From the NCBI GenBank assembly GCA_963696535.1, contig CAVOKP010000015.1, positions 46,525-110,524 of the forward strand: a stretch of DNA of 64,000 nucleotides, written 5' to 3'. This document shows positions 19,407 through 29,557 of the stretch, one piece after another; positions within the stretch are counted from its first letter, which is position 1, and each line of letters opens with the position of its first letter. Both the position numbers and the translations under genes were made by a program. Source of the DNA: an uncultured Bacteroidales bacterium. Its GTDB lineage: Bacteria > Bacteroidota > Bacteroidia > Bacteroidales > VadinHA17. The notes under the pieces were generated by a model that searched no databases, had not been told where the DNA came from, and saw only the letters and a program-made list of their open reading frames with translations.

Positions 19407-20702
19407 ATGAAAACAGAACAGCTCTACAGGATATTCAGGGAAGAATCCTCAGGGGTATCAACGGATACACGGACCGTGAAAAAAGGCCAGTTATTCTTTG
19501 CCCTCTGGGGCCAGAACTTCAACGGGAACAAGTATGCCAAGGAGGCTCTTGACAAAGGCGCTTCGTATGCCGTGATTGATGATCCGGTTTACGAGACCGA
19601 AAAAACGGTCCTGGTTGACGATTGTCTTCTCGAACTTCAGGGCCTGGCCCTTCATCACCGTAAAATGTTAAAGGTACCGGTTCTGGCGATCACCGGTACC
19701 AATGGCAAGACTACCACCAGGGAACTGATTGCTGCAATATTGTCAACAAAACTTAAGATCCACAGCACCAGAGGGAACCTTAACAATGAGATCGGATTGC
19801 CGCTTACAATCCTGTCGGCGCCGGAGGATACGGAAATGATGATCCTCGAGATGGGGGCAAACCACATTGGAGAGATCAGGGCATTGTGCAATGTTGCCAG
19901 GCCCGATTATGGAATAATAACAAACATTGGCACAGCCCATCTTGAAGGTTTCGGATCTTTCGAAGGAGTCCTTAAAGCTAAAACCGAGCTTTATGAACAT
20001 CTAAGGAAAGTAAACGGTGTAGCAATTTATAATGATAAGAATCCATTCCTGACCGAGAAAATTTACAGGCTGGTCAACAGGGGTGTTCCATATTCAAATC
20101 CGACAGGAGTTGAACTATCTGTCGAAGCCCTGCCTTCAGAAATGAATCTGGGAGTAAGAGTTAAATATCAGCACAGGATCCACGAAATTCAGACGGGCCT
20201 TTTCGGTGCATATAACCTTGAGAATGTCAAGGCAGCAATAGCAGCCGGATTGTTTCTCGGGGTGGAAATAGGGGAGATAGCAGAAGCAATTGGCAAATAT
20301 CAACCCGGGAACAACAGATCGCAGATAAAGACAACCCAGAACAACACCCTTGTTTGCGACTCATATAATGCAAATCCGACAAGCATGATGGAGGCCATAA
20401 AATCATTTTCTGAACTCAAAACCAGCAGAAAAGTACTGATCCTTGGTGACATGCTTGAGCTTGGTGATAAAAGCGAGGAGGAACATCTGAAGCTTCTTGA
20501 AACCATAAGGCCGCTGAAACCTGAAAAGGTTCTGCTGGTGGGGACTACCTTTCAAAAGGTTTCTGAGGGATCTGATATAAGATCATTTGAGAATGTTGAA
20601 AGGCTGAGGGATTATCTTAAGGCTGAACCGCTGAAGGGTGCCTGCATTCTTATCAAGGGATCGAGAGGCATGACCCTTGAAAAGGCATATGACCTTCTTT
20701 AG
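19407..20702 (+). CDS. murF: UDP-N-acetylmuramoyl-tripeptide--D-alanyl-D-alanine ligase
   Basis: STDTR, ITGTNGKTTT, NLNNEIGLP, EMGANH, DSYNANPTSM, LGDMLELG, IKGSRG. Confidence 0.97.
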   Translation: MKTEQLYRIFREESSGVSTDTRTVKKGQLFFALWGQNFNGNKYAKEALDKGASYAVIDDPVYETEKTVLVDDCLLELQGLALHHRKMLKVPVLAITGTNGKTTTRELIAAILSTKLKIHSTRGNLNNEIGLPLTILSAPEDTEMMILEMGANHIGEIRALCNVARPDYGIITNIGTAHLEGFGSFEGVLKAKTELYEHLRKVNGVAIYNDKNPFLTEKIYRLVNRGVPYSNPTGVELSVEALPSEMNLGVRVKYQHRIHEIQTGLFGAYNLENVKAAIAAGLFLGVEIGEIAEAIGKYQPGNNRSQIKTTQNNTLVCDSYNANPTSMMEAIKSFSELKTSRKVLILGDMLELGDKSEEEHLKLLETIRPLKPEKVLLVGTTFQKVSEGSDIRSFENVERLRDYLKAEPLKGACILIKGSRGMTLEKAYDLL

Positions 20703-21880
20703 TCATTATTCTGATTGACAGCAGCCTGTTCCGGTTCAAATTTAATATTGACAAGAAGCACTTCCGGCCTGCTGCCCGACCGGACCCTTGGGCCCCAGAG
20801 GCCGAATCCTGAAGAGACTATGTAATGAGTGTTTCCTCTTGTTTTATGACCGTAACTCAATTCATACAATTTTGAAGTAAGGTGGTTCAATGGCCACATT
20901 TGCCCGTTGTGGGTGTGGCCTGAAAGCTGAAGATCAATTCCGTTAGTTTCGGCCTCTCCAAGATCGGTCGGCTGATGATCAAGAAGTATAATTGGTTTTG
21001 AATGATCGGCCCCGGTCAGGATTTCAGATAACGATTTCCGCTCCCTGCCATAGAACCTTTTGGAGTCCCTGTCGAGCCTGCCGGCAATTTGTACCCCTCC
21101 CTCTATTTTTACAACCTCATCCTTCAGAATCCTTATTCCCTTGCTTTCGATATACGGGATTGTGCGACCTGCGCCGCCTATGAATTCATGATTCCCGGTA
21201 ATTGCATACAACCCGTCGCTGCATTTGGGACAGGTGAAATACTGTAAAAGGTCGCCACGCATTACAGGGCCAATCTCACCATCCACAATATCCCCGAGAA
21301 GAAAGACAACTTCAGGTTCAAGCTTCCTGAGTATTTCCGAGAGCTTTTTAATGCTTCTCTTCCTGATTATGCTCCCCAGATGGATATCCGATACTGCGCC
21401 TATCCTGAGCTCCTTCACGTTGCCTGCCGACTTTCTGATGGTGATATTATAGGTTGTCACCTTTGGCACTATTGCGTTGAGAAAACCGCCCGCAATCAAA
21501 AGGAAAGAGATTACGAGTGTAAAAATGTAGGACCATTTTTTGAAGAAGATGAGATTCTGCCGGTCAATAATCCCCACTAACCGGAGAACCAAAGCTATTA
21601 TATCTGAAAGAAAAAGGAAGATGAATCCATAAAGCATGAATGCCATCCAGAATCCTCCAATTACATTTAGAACATCGGATAATAGCGAGGAATGTCTCGA
21701 TTCAAGTATCTTTCCAAATATAAAGGTTGATGCGAGAATAATAAAGATCAGCAGGTAAAGGATTTTGTTATTATGGAAGGCAGGTATAGCGGTATACCCC
21801 CTGGAATAAATGTAAATGTTTGCCAGAGAGTAAATTGTAAGTACAACTCCAAAAAAAACAACTAATTGGTACGTTTTCAT
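20699..21880 (-). CDS. Membrane-anchored calcineurin-like metallophosphoesterase (YkuE-like)
   Basis: N-terminal TMs; SDIHLG, GDIVD, GNHE, LDHQP, SGHTHNGQ. Likely start MKTYQL at 21880. Confidence 0.9.
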   Translation of the reverse strand: MKTYQLVVFFGVVLTIYSLANIYIYSRGYTAIPAFHNNKILYLLIFIILASTFIFGKILESRHSSLLSDVLNVIGGFWMAFMLYGFIFLFLSDIIALVLRLVGIIDRQNLIFFKKWSYIFTLVISFLLIAGGFLNAIVPKVTTYNITIRKSAGNVKELRIGAVSDIHLGSIIRKRSIKKLSEILRKLEPEVVFLLGDIVDGEIGPVMRGDLLQYFTCPKCSDGLYAITGNHEFIGGAGRTIPYIESKGIRILKDEVVKIEGGVQIAGRLDRDSKRFYGRERKSLSEILTGADHSKPIILLDHQPTDLGEAETNGIDLQLSGHTHNGQMWPLNHLTSKLYELSYGHKTRGNTHYIVSSGFGLWGPRVRSGSRPEVLLVNIKFEPEQAAVNQNND

Positions 21881-21890
21881 TAAATCGGTT

Positions 21891-22914
21891 TCAGACGTTA
21901 AGACTGGTAAAGGTTTTCTTCCCCTTGATATAAAACCTGAAAACAATGCTCTTGTTCAAAATAAGGCCTTCGCTTATATTTATTGACAGGTTTTTTACCG
22001 ATCTCCTCCCGGCCTTAAGGACCTCCAGATGCCTGTAATAGTCAATGTGGGCTTTCCAGACAGACCTGGCATTTCCGGGCCTCCCTTTCAAAAGAAACAT
22101 GATCGCTGCAACTCCGTCGAGGAGTTTCCTTATGAAGATGGTCCCATGCAACTTGTTATCGGGGAGGTTTTTATAAAGGAGATACAGGTTATTCCGGAAG
22201 TTCAGGTATGTTTTAAGGGTTGATTCATAAGGTAGTACTCCTCCCCCGGCATGAAATACAGTCGATCCGGGGATATATGAGATCCTGAATCCCGAGAGAT
22301 GGAATCTCCAGCAAAGGTCAACTTCCTCCATGTGAGCAAAGAAATTACCGTCGAATCCGCCGCATTTCACCCAGGCTTCCGACCTGACCGTCATGCATGC
22401 TCCTGATGCCCAGAATATATCGGTTTCGTCATCATACTGACCGTTATCCTTTTCGACGTGTTCAAAAATCCGGCCCCTGCAGAATGTATATCCGAATTTA
22501 TCGATAAAACCTCCTGCAGCGCCGGCATATTCAAAATGATCCCTTTTCAGGTAAGATCTTATTTTTGGCTGGCAAGCTGCTACATCCGGATTCTGATCAA
22601 GATGCTTTATCATAGGATCAAGCCAGCCTTTGGTTACCTCCGCATCAGAGTTCAGAAGTACGAAGTACCTTGCATCTATCTCTTTGAGGGCAAGATTATA
22701 ACCCTCCGCAAATCCATGATTTCTTTCGAACCTGATGGTCCTGACATCACTGAAGTTCTGTTCAACCCAGTCTGCCGAGCCATCAGTTGACCCGTTGTCT
22801 GCCAGATATAATGCTGGTGTCAGGACTCTTTGAAAACATGACAGCCGTCTCCAGAAATTTCTGCAGCCAGCCAATACAATTCCAGTTAAGGATAACAACG
22901 GCAGTTTTAATCAT
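21891..22914 (-). CDS. Glycosyltransferase family 2 (one frameshift near 22810)
   Basis: The true N-terminus MIKTAVVILNWN (ATG 22914, overlapping the upstream stop) is in a different frame from ADNGSTDGS...GFAEGYN...LLNSD...EEVDLCWR. One extra base near 22810 joins them. Confidence 0.85.
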
Positions 22915-23794
22915 TTGATGGCTCCTTTTGATATTTCCATCTCCGGTGGGTCCAAAGCCAGTATTCCGGTTTGCGGATGATCATTTCCTCCAGCCGCTTT
23001 ACATGCGTGTCGGTCACCATGTATTTTGGCAGGTCTTTCGTACTTTCGAACAGCAGTTCAATTGTAAGGCTGTAATATCCGCGCTTTACCTTCTGAATAT
23101 CAAAGAATACAACCGCCATATCATATTTCGCTGCAATTTTCTCAAGTCCAAGGAAAACCGGAGTCTCCTGGTTCAGAAAATCAGTATAATATTCGATAAG
23201 GGTCCTGGCAGGCGTCTGGTCGGTAATGAAGCCGTACATTCCCCTGATATTTTTGTTTCTGTTTTCGATGATTTTTCTGACAATAAGTTGCATTGGGGCC
23301 AGTTCTCCGTTATTTTGGGTCCGGATGTCATTTATGAACTTATTGAGCATTTTGTTCTGAAGCGGCTTGTATATTCCAACGCACCTGTACTTCGTATAAA
23401 GCGGAATACAAGTCGACAACCATTCCCAGTTGCAGTAATGGCTGAAAACTACGGCAACATCCCGTCCTGAATTGTACAAATCTTCGATCACCCGGGGATT
23501 TGTTACAGTCATTCTTTTCGTGAGCTGTTCCCTGCTCATATGAGTAAGCTTAAGTGTTTCTATAAAAATATCTGCCAGATGCCTGTAAAAATTTCTTTCA
23601 ATTTGTGCAATCTCTGCTGCGGATTTTTTCGGAAAAGATTTTGCGAGATTTTTCGCAACGATTTTTCTCCTGTATGAGGGGAAGTAGTATAAAGAAAGAA
23701 ACAAAATATGGGAGAACAAATAAAGGATTCTCAGGGGCAATAAGGTAATTACCCAGTTAATCACGTAAAGAATATAGTATCCGGCGGTGCCCAT
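22907..23794 (-). CDS. Lipid A-type lysophospholipid acyltransferase (LpxL/HtrB family)
   Basis: HYCNWE (HxxxE/D), FITDQ, FLNQETP, PEYWLWTHRRWK. Confidence 0.9.
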   Translation of the reverse strand: MGTAGYYILYVINWVITLLPLRILYLFSHILFLSLYYFPSYRRKIVAKNLAKSFPKKSAAEIAQIERNFYRHLADIFIETLKLTHMSREQLTKRMTVTNPRVIEDLYNSGRDVAVVFSHYCNWEWLSTCIPLYTKYRCVGIYKPLQNKMLNKFINDIRTQNNGELAPMQLIVRKIIENRNKNIRGMYGFITDQTPARTLIEYYTDFLNQETPVFLGLEKIAAKYDMAVVFFDIQKVKRGYYSLTIELLFESTKDLPKYMVTDTHVKRLEEMIIRKPEYWLWTHRRWKYQKEPSND

Positions 23795-23798
23795 TGAG

Positions 23799-24605
23799 TT
23801 ATTTTGGCCTGGTATTCATGAATTTCCCGACAATTTCAATCAGTTCATCATAAATAAGCGCGTTGGAAGCTACCGTTTCGTCACCCGACACTCCTTCCAT
23901 ATTTCCGGAGAAGTCGCTGAACCTGCCTCCTGCTTCCCTCACAATCAGCATTCCTGCTGCAACATCCCACGGCTTCAGGTCATACTCAAAGAAGAGGTCA
24001 AATCTTCCGCAAGCTACGTATGCAAGATCGATTGAGGCTGATCCCAGCCTCCTGAGGCCGTGTGTATTTTTTACAAGATGCGAAAGAAGGTTCATATAAG
24101 GATCGAGCCTGTCAAAAAGATTATAGGGAAATCCTGTTGCTGCAAGTGCGCCGGATAGTTTTGAGGTTCGTGATACCTGTATTCTTTTTCCATTAAGCCA
24201 TGCTCCTCCGTCCTTCCATGCCGTGAATGTCTCAGTACCACTTGCTTCATGGACCACTCCGGCAATAACCTCATTGCCTTCCATCAATCCGATACTTACG
24301 GCATATGGATGAACGCCATGCAGGAAATTTGTTGTTCCGTCGAGGGGGTCGATAACCCAGTTGTATTTGACTCCTTTCTTTACTGAAGTCCCCTCTTCGG
24401 CTATAAATCCGGCTTCGGGGATCAATGGTGCAAGTTTTTCTATCAGCATTTTCTCGGATCCCTTGTCGACATAGGTCACGAAGTTGTTCAGGCCTTTGGT
24501 TTCCGTATCATCAATATCAAACACCAAAGATTCATTTCTTATAAATTCCCCGGCCAACCTGGCGGCAGATTCAATTTCGGCGCATAATGCTTTAAGATCT
24601 CTCAT
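23799..24605 (-). CDS. suhB: Inositol monophosphatase family protein (SuhB-like)
   Basis: AEE, WVIDPLDGTTNF, RRLGSA, WDVAAG. Confidence 0.9.
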   Translation of the reverse strand: MRDLKALCAEIESAARLAGEFIRNESLVFDIDDTETKGLNNFVTYVDKGSEKMLIEKLAPLIPEAGFIAEEGTSVKKGVKYNWVIDPLDGTTNFLHGVHPYAVSIGLMEGNEVIAGVVHEASGTETFTAWKDGGAWLNGKRIQVSRTSKLSGALAATGFPYNLFDRLDPYMNLLSHLVKNTHGLRRLGSASIDLAYVACGRFDLFFEYDLKPWDVAAGMLIVREAGGRFSDFSGNMEGVSGDETVASNALIYDELIEIVGKFMNTRPK

Positions 24606-24608
24606 GTT

Positions 24609-25913
24609 TCAGTCAATTAATTCGGCACTAAGTCTGCCCGATCCGGAAATCCCGGTAATCCTTGCCTTCTTTATTGTTCCAGCCAGACTGTTTTTCCATG
24701 GATATTCTGTCTTCAGATAGTTCCCGGTGAAGCCGGTAATCACTCCGTCAATCCTGTTGTGCTCAAAAAGGATATCAGCTGTCTGGCCGATATTTTTTTT
24801 GCAGAACTCACCATGTTTATTCTCAGAAAGGTTTATCAGCCTTCTGCTTCTGTTTTCCCTTATCCTGAAAGGTACTTTTCCGGGAATTTTCTCAGCTGGA
24901 GTGCCCGGCCTTTCAGAAAAGTTGAAAACGTGCAGATAGGAAAGCGGCATATCATTCAGAAAACTGAATGTATCTTCAAAATCAGTCTCCGTTTCACCCG
25001 GAAAACCTGTAATTACATCTGCCCCAATACCTGCCAGGGGAATTTTGTTTATTATAAAACTGATCCTTTCTTCAAATTTATCCCGCCGGTATCTCCTTCT
25101 CATAAGCCCGAGAATTTTATCGGAGCCGCTTTGGAGAGGTATGTGAAAATGGGGAAGAATCTTTTTCGTTTCAGCTGCAAGACATATTATTTCATCAGTA
25201 AGAAGATTGGGTTCGATCGATGAGATCCTGAATCTTTCAATCCCATTCACTTTTACAAGTTCCTTAAGGAGGGACGTAAAATTATCTCCTGTCGATTTTC
25301 CGAAATCACCTATGTTGACTCCTGTTATTACTATCTCCTTTACGCCCGTACCTGCAATTTTCGAGGCCTCTTCAATTAGCGAACTGATATCCTGATTCCG
25401 GCTTCTTCCCCTGGCCATGGGGATTGTACAGTAAGAACATTTATAATCACATCCGTCCTGCACTTTCAGGAACGACCGCGTCCTGCCGCCAACTGAATAT
25501 GACGGTTGGAACGCGCCTGGCGAAGTCAGGTCACATGAATGGATTTCAGCATTATCCCTTTTTATTGGTTTCTCTAGAAAGGCTGCGACATCAAACTTTT
25601 CATTAGTTCCAAGAACGATATCCACCCCGGGAATTGAGGAAATTTCGTCAGGATTGAGCTGGGCATAGCATCCTACTACTGCAATTAATGCCTCAGGTGA
25701 GTGGTTAATGCATTTTTTTATCAACTGCCGGCATTTCCTGTCGGCAGTATCGGTAACCGTACACGTATTGATTATATAAATATCGGCTTTGGCGCCCGGA
25801 CTGACTTTTTCAAACTGACCGTCAGGCAACGACCTCGAAATTGTTGATGTTTCAGCAAAATTCAATTTGCATCCAAGAGTAAGAAATGCTACCTTTTTCC
25901 TGGCTGTTTCCAT
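24609..25913 (-). CDS. mtaB: tRNA t6A37 methylthiotransferase
   Basis: TLGCKLNFAE, INTCTVT, radical SAM motif GCDYKCSYC, HFHIPLQSG, C-terminal TRAM-like region. Confidence 0.94.
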   Translation of the reverse strand: METARKKVAFLTLGCKLNFAETSTISRSLPDGQFEKVSPGAKADIYIINTCTVTDTADRKCRQLIKKCINHSPEALIAVVGCYAQLNPDEISSIPGVDIVLGTNEKFDVAAFLEKPIKRDNAEIHSCDLTSPGAFQPSYSVGGRTRSFLKVQDGCDYKCSYCTIPMARGRSRNQDISSLIEEASKIAGTGVKEIVITGVNIGDFGKSTGDNFTSLLKELVKVNGIERFRISSIEPNLLTDEIICLAAETKKILPHFHIPLQSGSDKILGLMRRRYRRDKFEERISFIINKIPLAGIGADVITGFPGETETDFEDTFSFLNDMPLSYLHVFNFSERPGTPAEKIPGKVPFRIRENRSRRLINLSENKHGEFCKKNIGQTADILFEHNRIDGVITGFTGNYLKTEYPWKNSLAGTIKKARITGISGSGRLSAELID

Positions 25914-25963
25914 TAATGGTGACTCATTGTTTTAGCGGGAGCTAAGAGAATAACTGCATCAGT

Positions 25964-26665
25964 TTATTTCCGGTTCGCCTGTGGAAGCTTTGTCAGGAAT
26001 ACATTTCTGAATTCAATATCCTTGCCTTCGCTCTGGAGGCAGATGTGTCCCTTTGTATCTGATATGCCTGTGGCTTTGTTCTGAAGGGTTCCGTTGACAA
26101 TCACTTCAATTGTATTGGACTTGCAAATCACTTCCATTGAATTCCACTCACCTACAGGCTTTTCAGATGATGCACCTATTTTGGCAACTACTCTGGAGTT
26201 ATTCTTCATCTCATTCATTTTTGCTCCGTTCATGCAGACAAAATCGCCGGCATTGCCTGACTTAAGCTGGCATTCAAAGCATTTCAGCCAGATTGTATCA
26301 GGAAGCTGGGCGTGGATAAAAACGCCGCTGTTGGATGCTTCACCGGGATAACGCCACTCCACATGAAGTGTATATTCAGAATAAACATCTTTGGTTCTCA
26401 TATAACCGAATGGATCTCCCTTGATATGCACAACCCCGTCCCTGACTGTAAAGACGGTCGAGGGATCGACGGCCGGGTCTTTAAGATGGAATACCCAGTT
26501 TGACAGATTTTTCCCGTTGAACAGCTGGATATTATTTGTTATCCCGGCCCTACGGCTCTGTTTGATCCTTGAGTTTTTCTCCCTTGTTTGACCATAAATT
26601 TCAGCCGATGCCCCGATCAGGATTATCAGGGAGAGGAATAATAGTTGTAGCGTCTTTGTTTTCAT
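25964..26665 (-). CDS. DUF1080 (3-keto-disaccharide hydrolase-like) secreted protein
   Basis: Signal peptide; LFNGKNLSNW, NSGV, GEWN, GHICLQSEG, IEFRNV. Confidence 0.88.
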   Translation of the reverse strand: MKTKTLQLLFLSLIILIGASAEIYGQTREKNSRIKQSRRAGITNNIQLFNGKNLSNWVFHLKDPAVDPSTVFTVRDGVVHIKGDPFGYMRTKDVYSEYTLHVEWRYPGEASNSGVFIHAQLPDTIWLKCFECQLKSGNAGDFVCMNGAKMNEMKNNSRVVAKIGASSEKPVGEWNSMEVICKSNTIEVIVNGTLQNKATGISDTKGHICLQSEGKDIEFRNVFLTKLPQANRK

Positions 26666-26718
26666 AGATTTATTTATTATTAGTATAATTAATCCATTCA
26701 GTTTAGATCACAATTTCA

Positions 26719-28053
26719 CTAAAGTAATTTACTGGCCAGTTCAGCCAGGAAGCTCCGCTCACCCTTGACAAGGTTGACATGTGCGAAAATATCCTGATCC
26801 TTCATTTTGTCTGAAAGATAGCTTAATCCGTTCGATGCAGTATCAAGGTATGGTGAATCTATCTGCTCAATATCGCCGGTGAATACCATTTTTGTACCTT
26901 CACCTGCCCTTGTTATGATCGTCTTGATTTCATGAGGTGTAAGATTCTGGGCCTCATCGACAATGAAGAAGATACTTGAAAGGCTCCGACCCCTTATGTA
27001 TGCCAGGGGAGTGATTACAAGCTTTTCTTCTTTCATCATTTCATTTATCCTCAGGAATTCAGGGCTCTGATGACTGAATTTGTGCTTAATGACTGTAAGG
27101 TTATCATACAATGGAGTCATGTACGGATCCATTTTTTCCTTTACGTCACCGGGAAGGAATCCAAGATCACGGTTTGCCAGGGGAACTATTGGCCTTGCCA
27201 GGAATATCTGCTTGTATCTTTTATATTGCTGGAGAGCTGCTGCCAGGGCAAGCAGCGTTTTTCCCGTTCCGGCCTTTCCTGTCAGTGAAACCAGCTGTAT
27301 GTCAGGATTTGAAAGAGCATCGAGTGCAAAAGTCTGCTCAGCATTTCTGGGATCAATTCCATATGTTGTCTGCTTTATTACCCTGTTAAGCAGCTTGTTT
27401 ACCGGACTATAATGAGCAAGTGCACTGGCACCGCTGTTTTTCATAATAAAGAACTGGTGGCCTTTTGTTTCAGGGTCAATTTTGAATTCACTGGCCTGGA
27501 CTCCCTCCGGAACCTCATAAAGCTTACTTATCAGGGTATGATCAACGCCTTCGAGAACCTGTATTCCCTTGTAAAGATCATCAATATTTGCAACCTTATC
27601 GTTCTGATAATCCTGAGCCATAATCCCAAGCGATTTTGCCTTCATCCTCAGGTTTATGTCCTTCGAAATGAGGACAACAGTCTTGTCCTTGTTTGTGGAG
27701 CATACATAATCGGCGATCGCAAGGATACGGTGGTCGGGGGTTCTTTCAGCAAATGACTGGCTTACCTTTTCTGAAAAGTCACGACCGGTTTCTATGTGAA
27801 GGTTACCCAGGTTTTCCCCCAGAGGTATATTTGCTGTAAGGAGCATATCTCCTGAAAGCCTGTCGAGTTCACGGGTAAATTCCCTGGCATGAAAATTTAT
27901 TATGTCGTTGCCTCTCTTGAATTTGTCCAGCTCCTCGAGGACCACTATAGGAATAATAACATCATTTTCCTCGAAATTATAAATGCATTTGTAATCGTGC
28001 AGTAAAACATTTGTATCAATTATGAAAAGTTTTTTATTGTGTCTTTTCTTCAT
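26719..28053 (-). CDS. PhoH2-type protein (PIN domain plus PhoH ATPase)
   Basis: IDTNVLLHD, EELD, SKDINLR (PIN); GKAGTGKT, LGFLPGD, IRGRS, DEAQN, GDIEQID (PhoH). Likely start MKKRHN at 28053. Confidence 0.92.
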   Translation of the reverse strand: MKKRHNKKLFIIDTNVLLHDYKCIYNFEENDVIIPIVVLEELDKFKRGNDIINFHAREFTRELDRLSGDMLLTANIPLGENLGNLHIETGRDFSEKVSQSFAERTPDHRILAIADYVCSTNKDKTVVLISKDINLRMKAKSLGIMAQDYQNDKVANIDDLYKGIQVLEGVDHTLISKLYEVPEGVQASEFKIDPETKGHQFFIMKNSGASALAHYSPVNKLLNRVIKQTTYGIDPRNAEQTFALDALSNPDIQLVSLTGKAGTGKTLLALAAALQQYKRYKQIFLARPIVPLANRDLGFLPGDVKEKMDPYMTPLYDNLTVIKHKFSHQSPEFLRINEMMKEEKLVITPLAYIRGRSLSSIFFIVDEAQNLTPHEIKTIITRAGEGTKMVFTGDIEQIDSPYLDTASNGLSYLSDKMKDQDIFAHVNLVKGERSFLAELASKLL

Positions 28054-28208
28054 AGTTAAGTAATTTGTAATCAATAAGCTGTATTTATCATTCCTGATCA
28101 GCCGGCAACCCGCGAAATTAATTAAAATAAAGAATAAATTGCTGCATGTGTTGAAAGTATGTTAATTTGTAAATGCCAGGGGTGCCTGAATCTATAATAC
28201 AGGGGTAG

Positions 28209-29519
28209 ATGAATTATCAACAAACTCTTGATTTTATGTACAGCCAGCTGCCAGCCTATCACAGGATCGGGAAAGCAGCCTATAAGAATGATCTTGAAAA
28301 CAGCATTGCTCTTGATGATTATCTCGGAAAACCTCATCAGTCGTTCCGGACCATTCATATTGCAGGCACCAACGGCAAAGGGTCACTCTCGCACATGATT
28401 GCATCGGTGCTTATGGAAGCCGGCTTTAAAACCGGACTTTACACATCGCCTCACCTAAAGGATTTCAGGGAAAGGATCAGAGTGGATGGCAGAATGATAC
28501 TAAAAAGCGCTGTGACCGAATTTATCCGGAAGCATTCCGCTTTCCTCTCAGCTCTGAAACCTTCTTTTTTCGAAATGACTGTTGGTATGGCATTCGATTA
28601 TTTTGAAAGGTCCGGGGTTGATTTCGCCGTGATCGAAACGGGCCTCGGCGGGCGGCTCGATTCGACAAACATTATAAGTCCGTCGCTTTCAGTGATAACA
28701 AATATTGGTCATGATCACTTTGACCTCCTGGGAAACACGCTTGAAAAGGTAGCATGGGAGAAAGCAGGTATAATCAAGAATGGCGTTCCTGCAGTGATAA
28801 GCGAAACACAGGAGGAGACCAGGAAGGTATTCCTTGAAAAAGCAGCGCAGACAAGGTCAGAGATATACTTTGCCGACCAGAATTTCTCATGCAGACTTGA
28901 AGAAATAAATTACAATACAGGGAAACGGCAATTTTCAATAACAGAAAATTCCTCCGGAAAATTATATACCGGAGTAACCAATCTGGGGGGAGACTATCAG
29001 GCGATGAACATACAGGCGCTGTTTCAGGTTTTCAATGTGATGAAGGGGATTATCCCTGTTGAGGATCAATATATCCTGGATGGGATCATGAGGGTAAAAG
29101 CCAACACCAGGCTCATGGGCCGCTGGCAGATACTTGGAAGGAGGCCTCTTGTTATATGCGATACCGGCCATAATAAAGAAGGCCTCACTTATGTGCTTGG
29201 TCAGATTGCCAGGATAAACAAGAAGAAACTCCATATCGTGCTGGGATTTGTCAGTGACAAGGACAGGGATGAGCTCCTGCCTCTGTTTCCGGTTTCAGCC
29301 GGTTATTATTTCACCAGGGCGTCAGTTCCCAGGGCACTCGATGAAAAGGTGCTTATGGCAGAATCTGCCCGGTGGAATCTTAAGGGAACCTGCTATCCTG
29401 ATGTGAAATCAGCACTCGTTTCCGCATTGTCACGCGCATCGGACGAGGATTTGATTTTCATCGGAGGAAGCACTTTCATCGTTGCTGATGCACTGAAATC
29501 TCATACATTTAAGAAATAA
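28209..29519 (+). CDS. folC: Bifunctional folylpolyglutamate synthase/dihydrofolate synthase
   Basis: HIAGTNGKGS, YTSPHL, ETGLGGRLDSTN, EKAGIIK, GRWQ, DTGHN. Confidence 0.96.
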   Translation: MNYQQTLDFMYSQLPAYHRIGKAAYKNDLENSIALDDYLGKPHQSFRTIHIAGTNGKGSLSHMIASVLMEAGFKTGLYTSPHLKDFRERIRVDGRMILKSAVTEFIRKHSAFLSALKPSFFEMTVGMAFDYFERSGVDFAVIETGLGGRLDSTNIISPSLSVITNIGHDHFDLLGNTLEKVAWEKAGIIKNGVPAVISETQEETRKVFLEKAAQTRSEIYFADQNFSCRLEEINYNTGKRQFSITENSSGKLYTGVTNLGGDYQAMNIQALFQVFNVMKGIIPVEDQYILDGIMRVKANTRLMGRWQILGRRPLVICDTGHNKEGLTYVLGQIARINKKKLHIVLGFVSDKDRDELLPLFPVSAGYYFTRASVPRALDEKVLMAESARWNLKGTCYPDVKSALVSALSRASDEDLIFIGGSTFIVADALKSHTFKK

Positions 29520-29557
29520 AATTATCAGGAAGTGACCGTTGTAAACAAAATTATATT

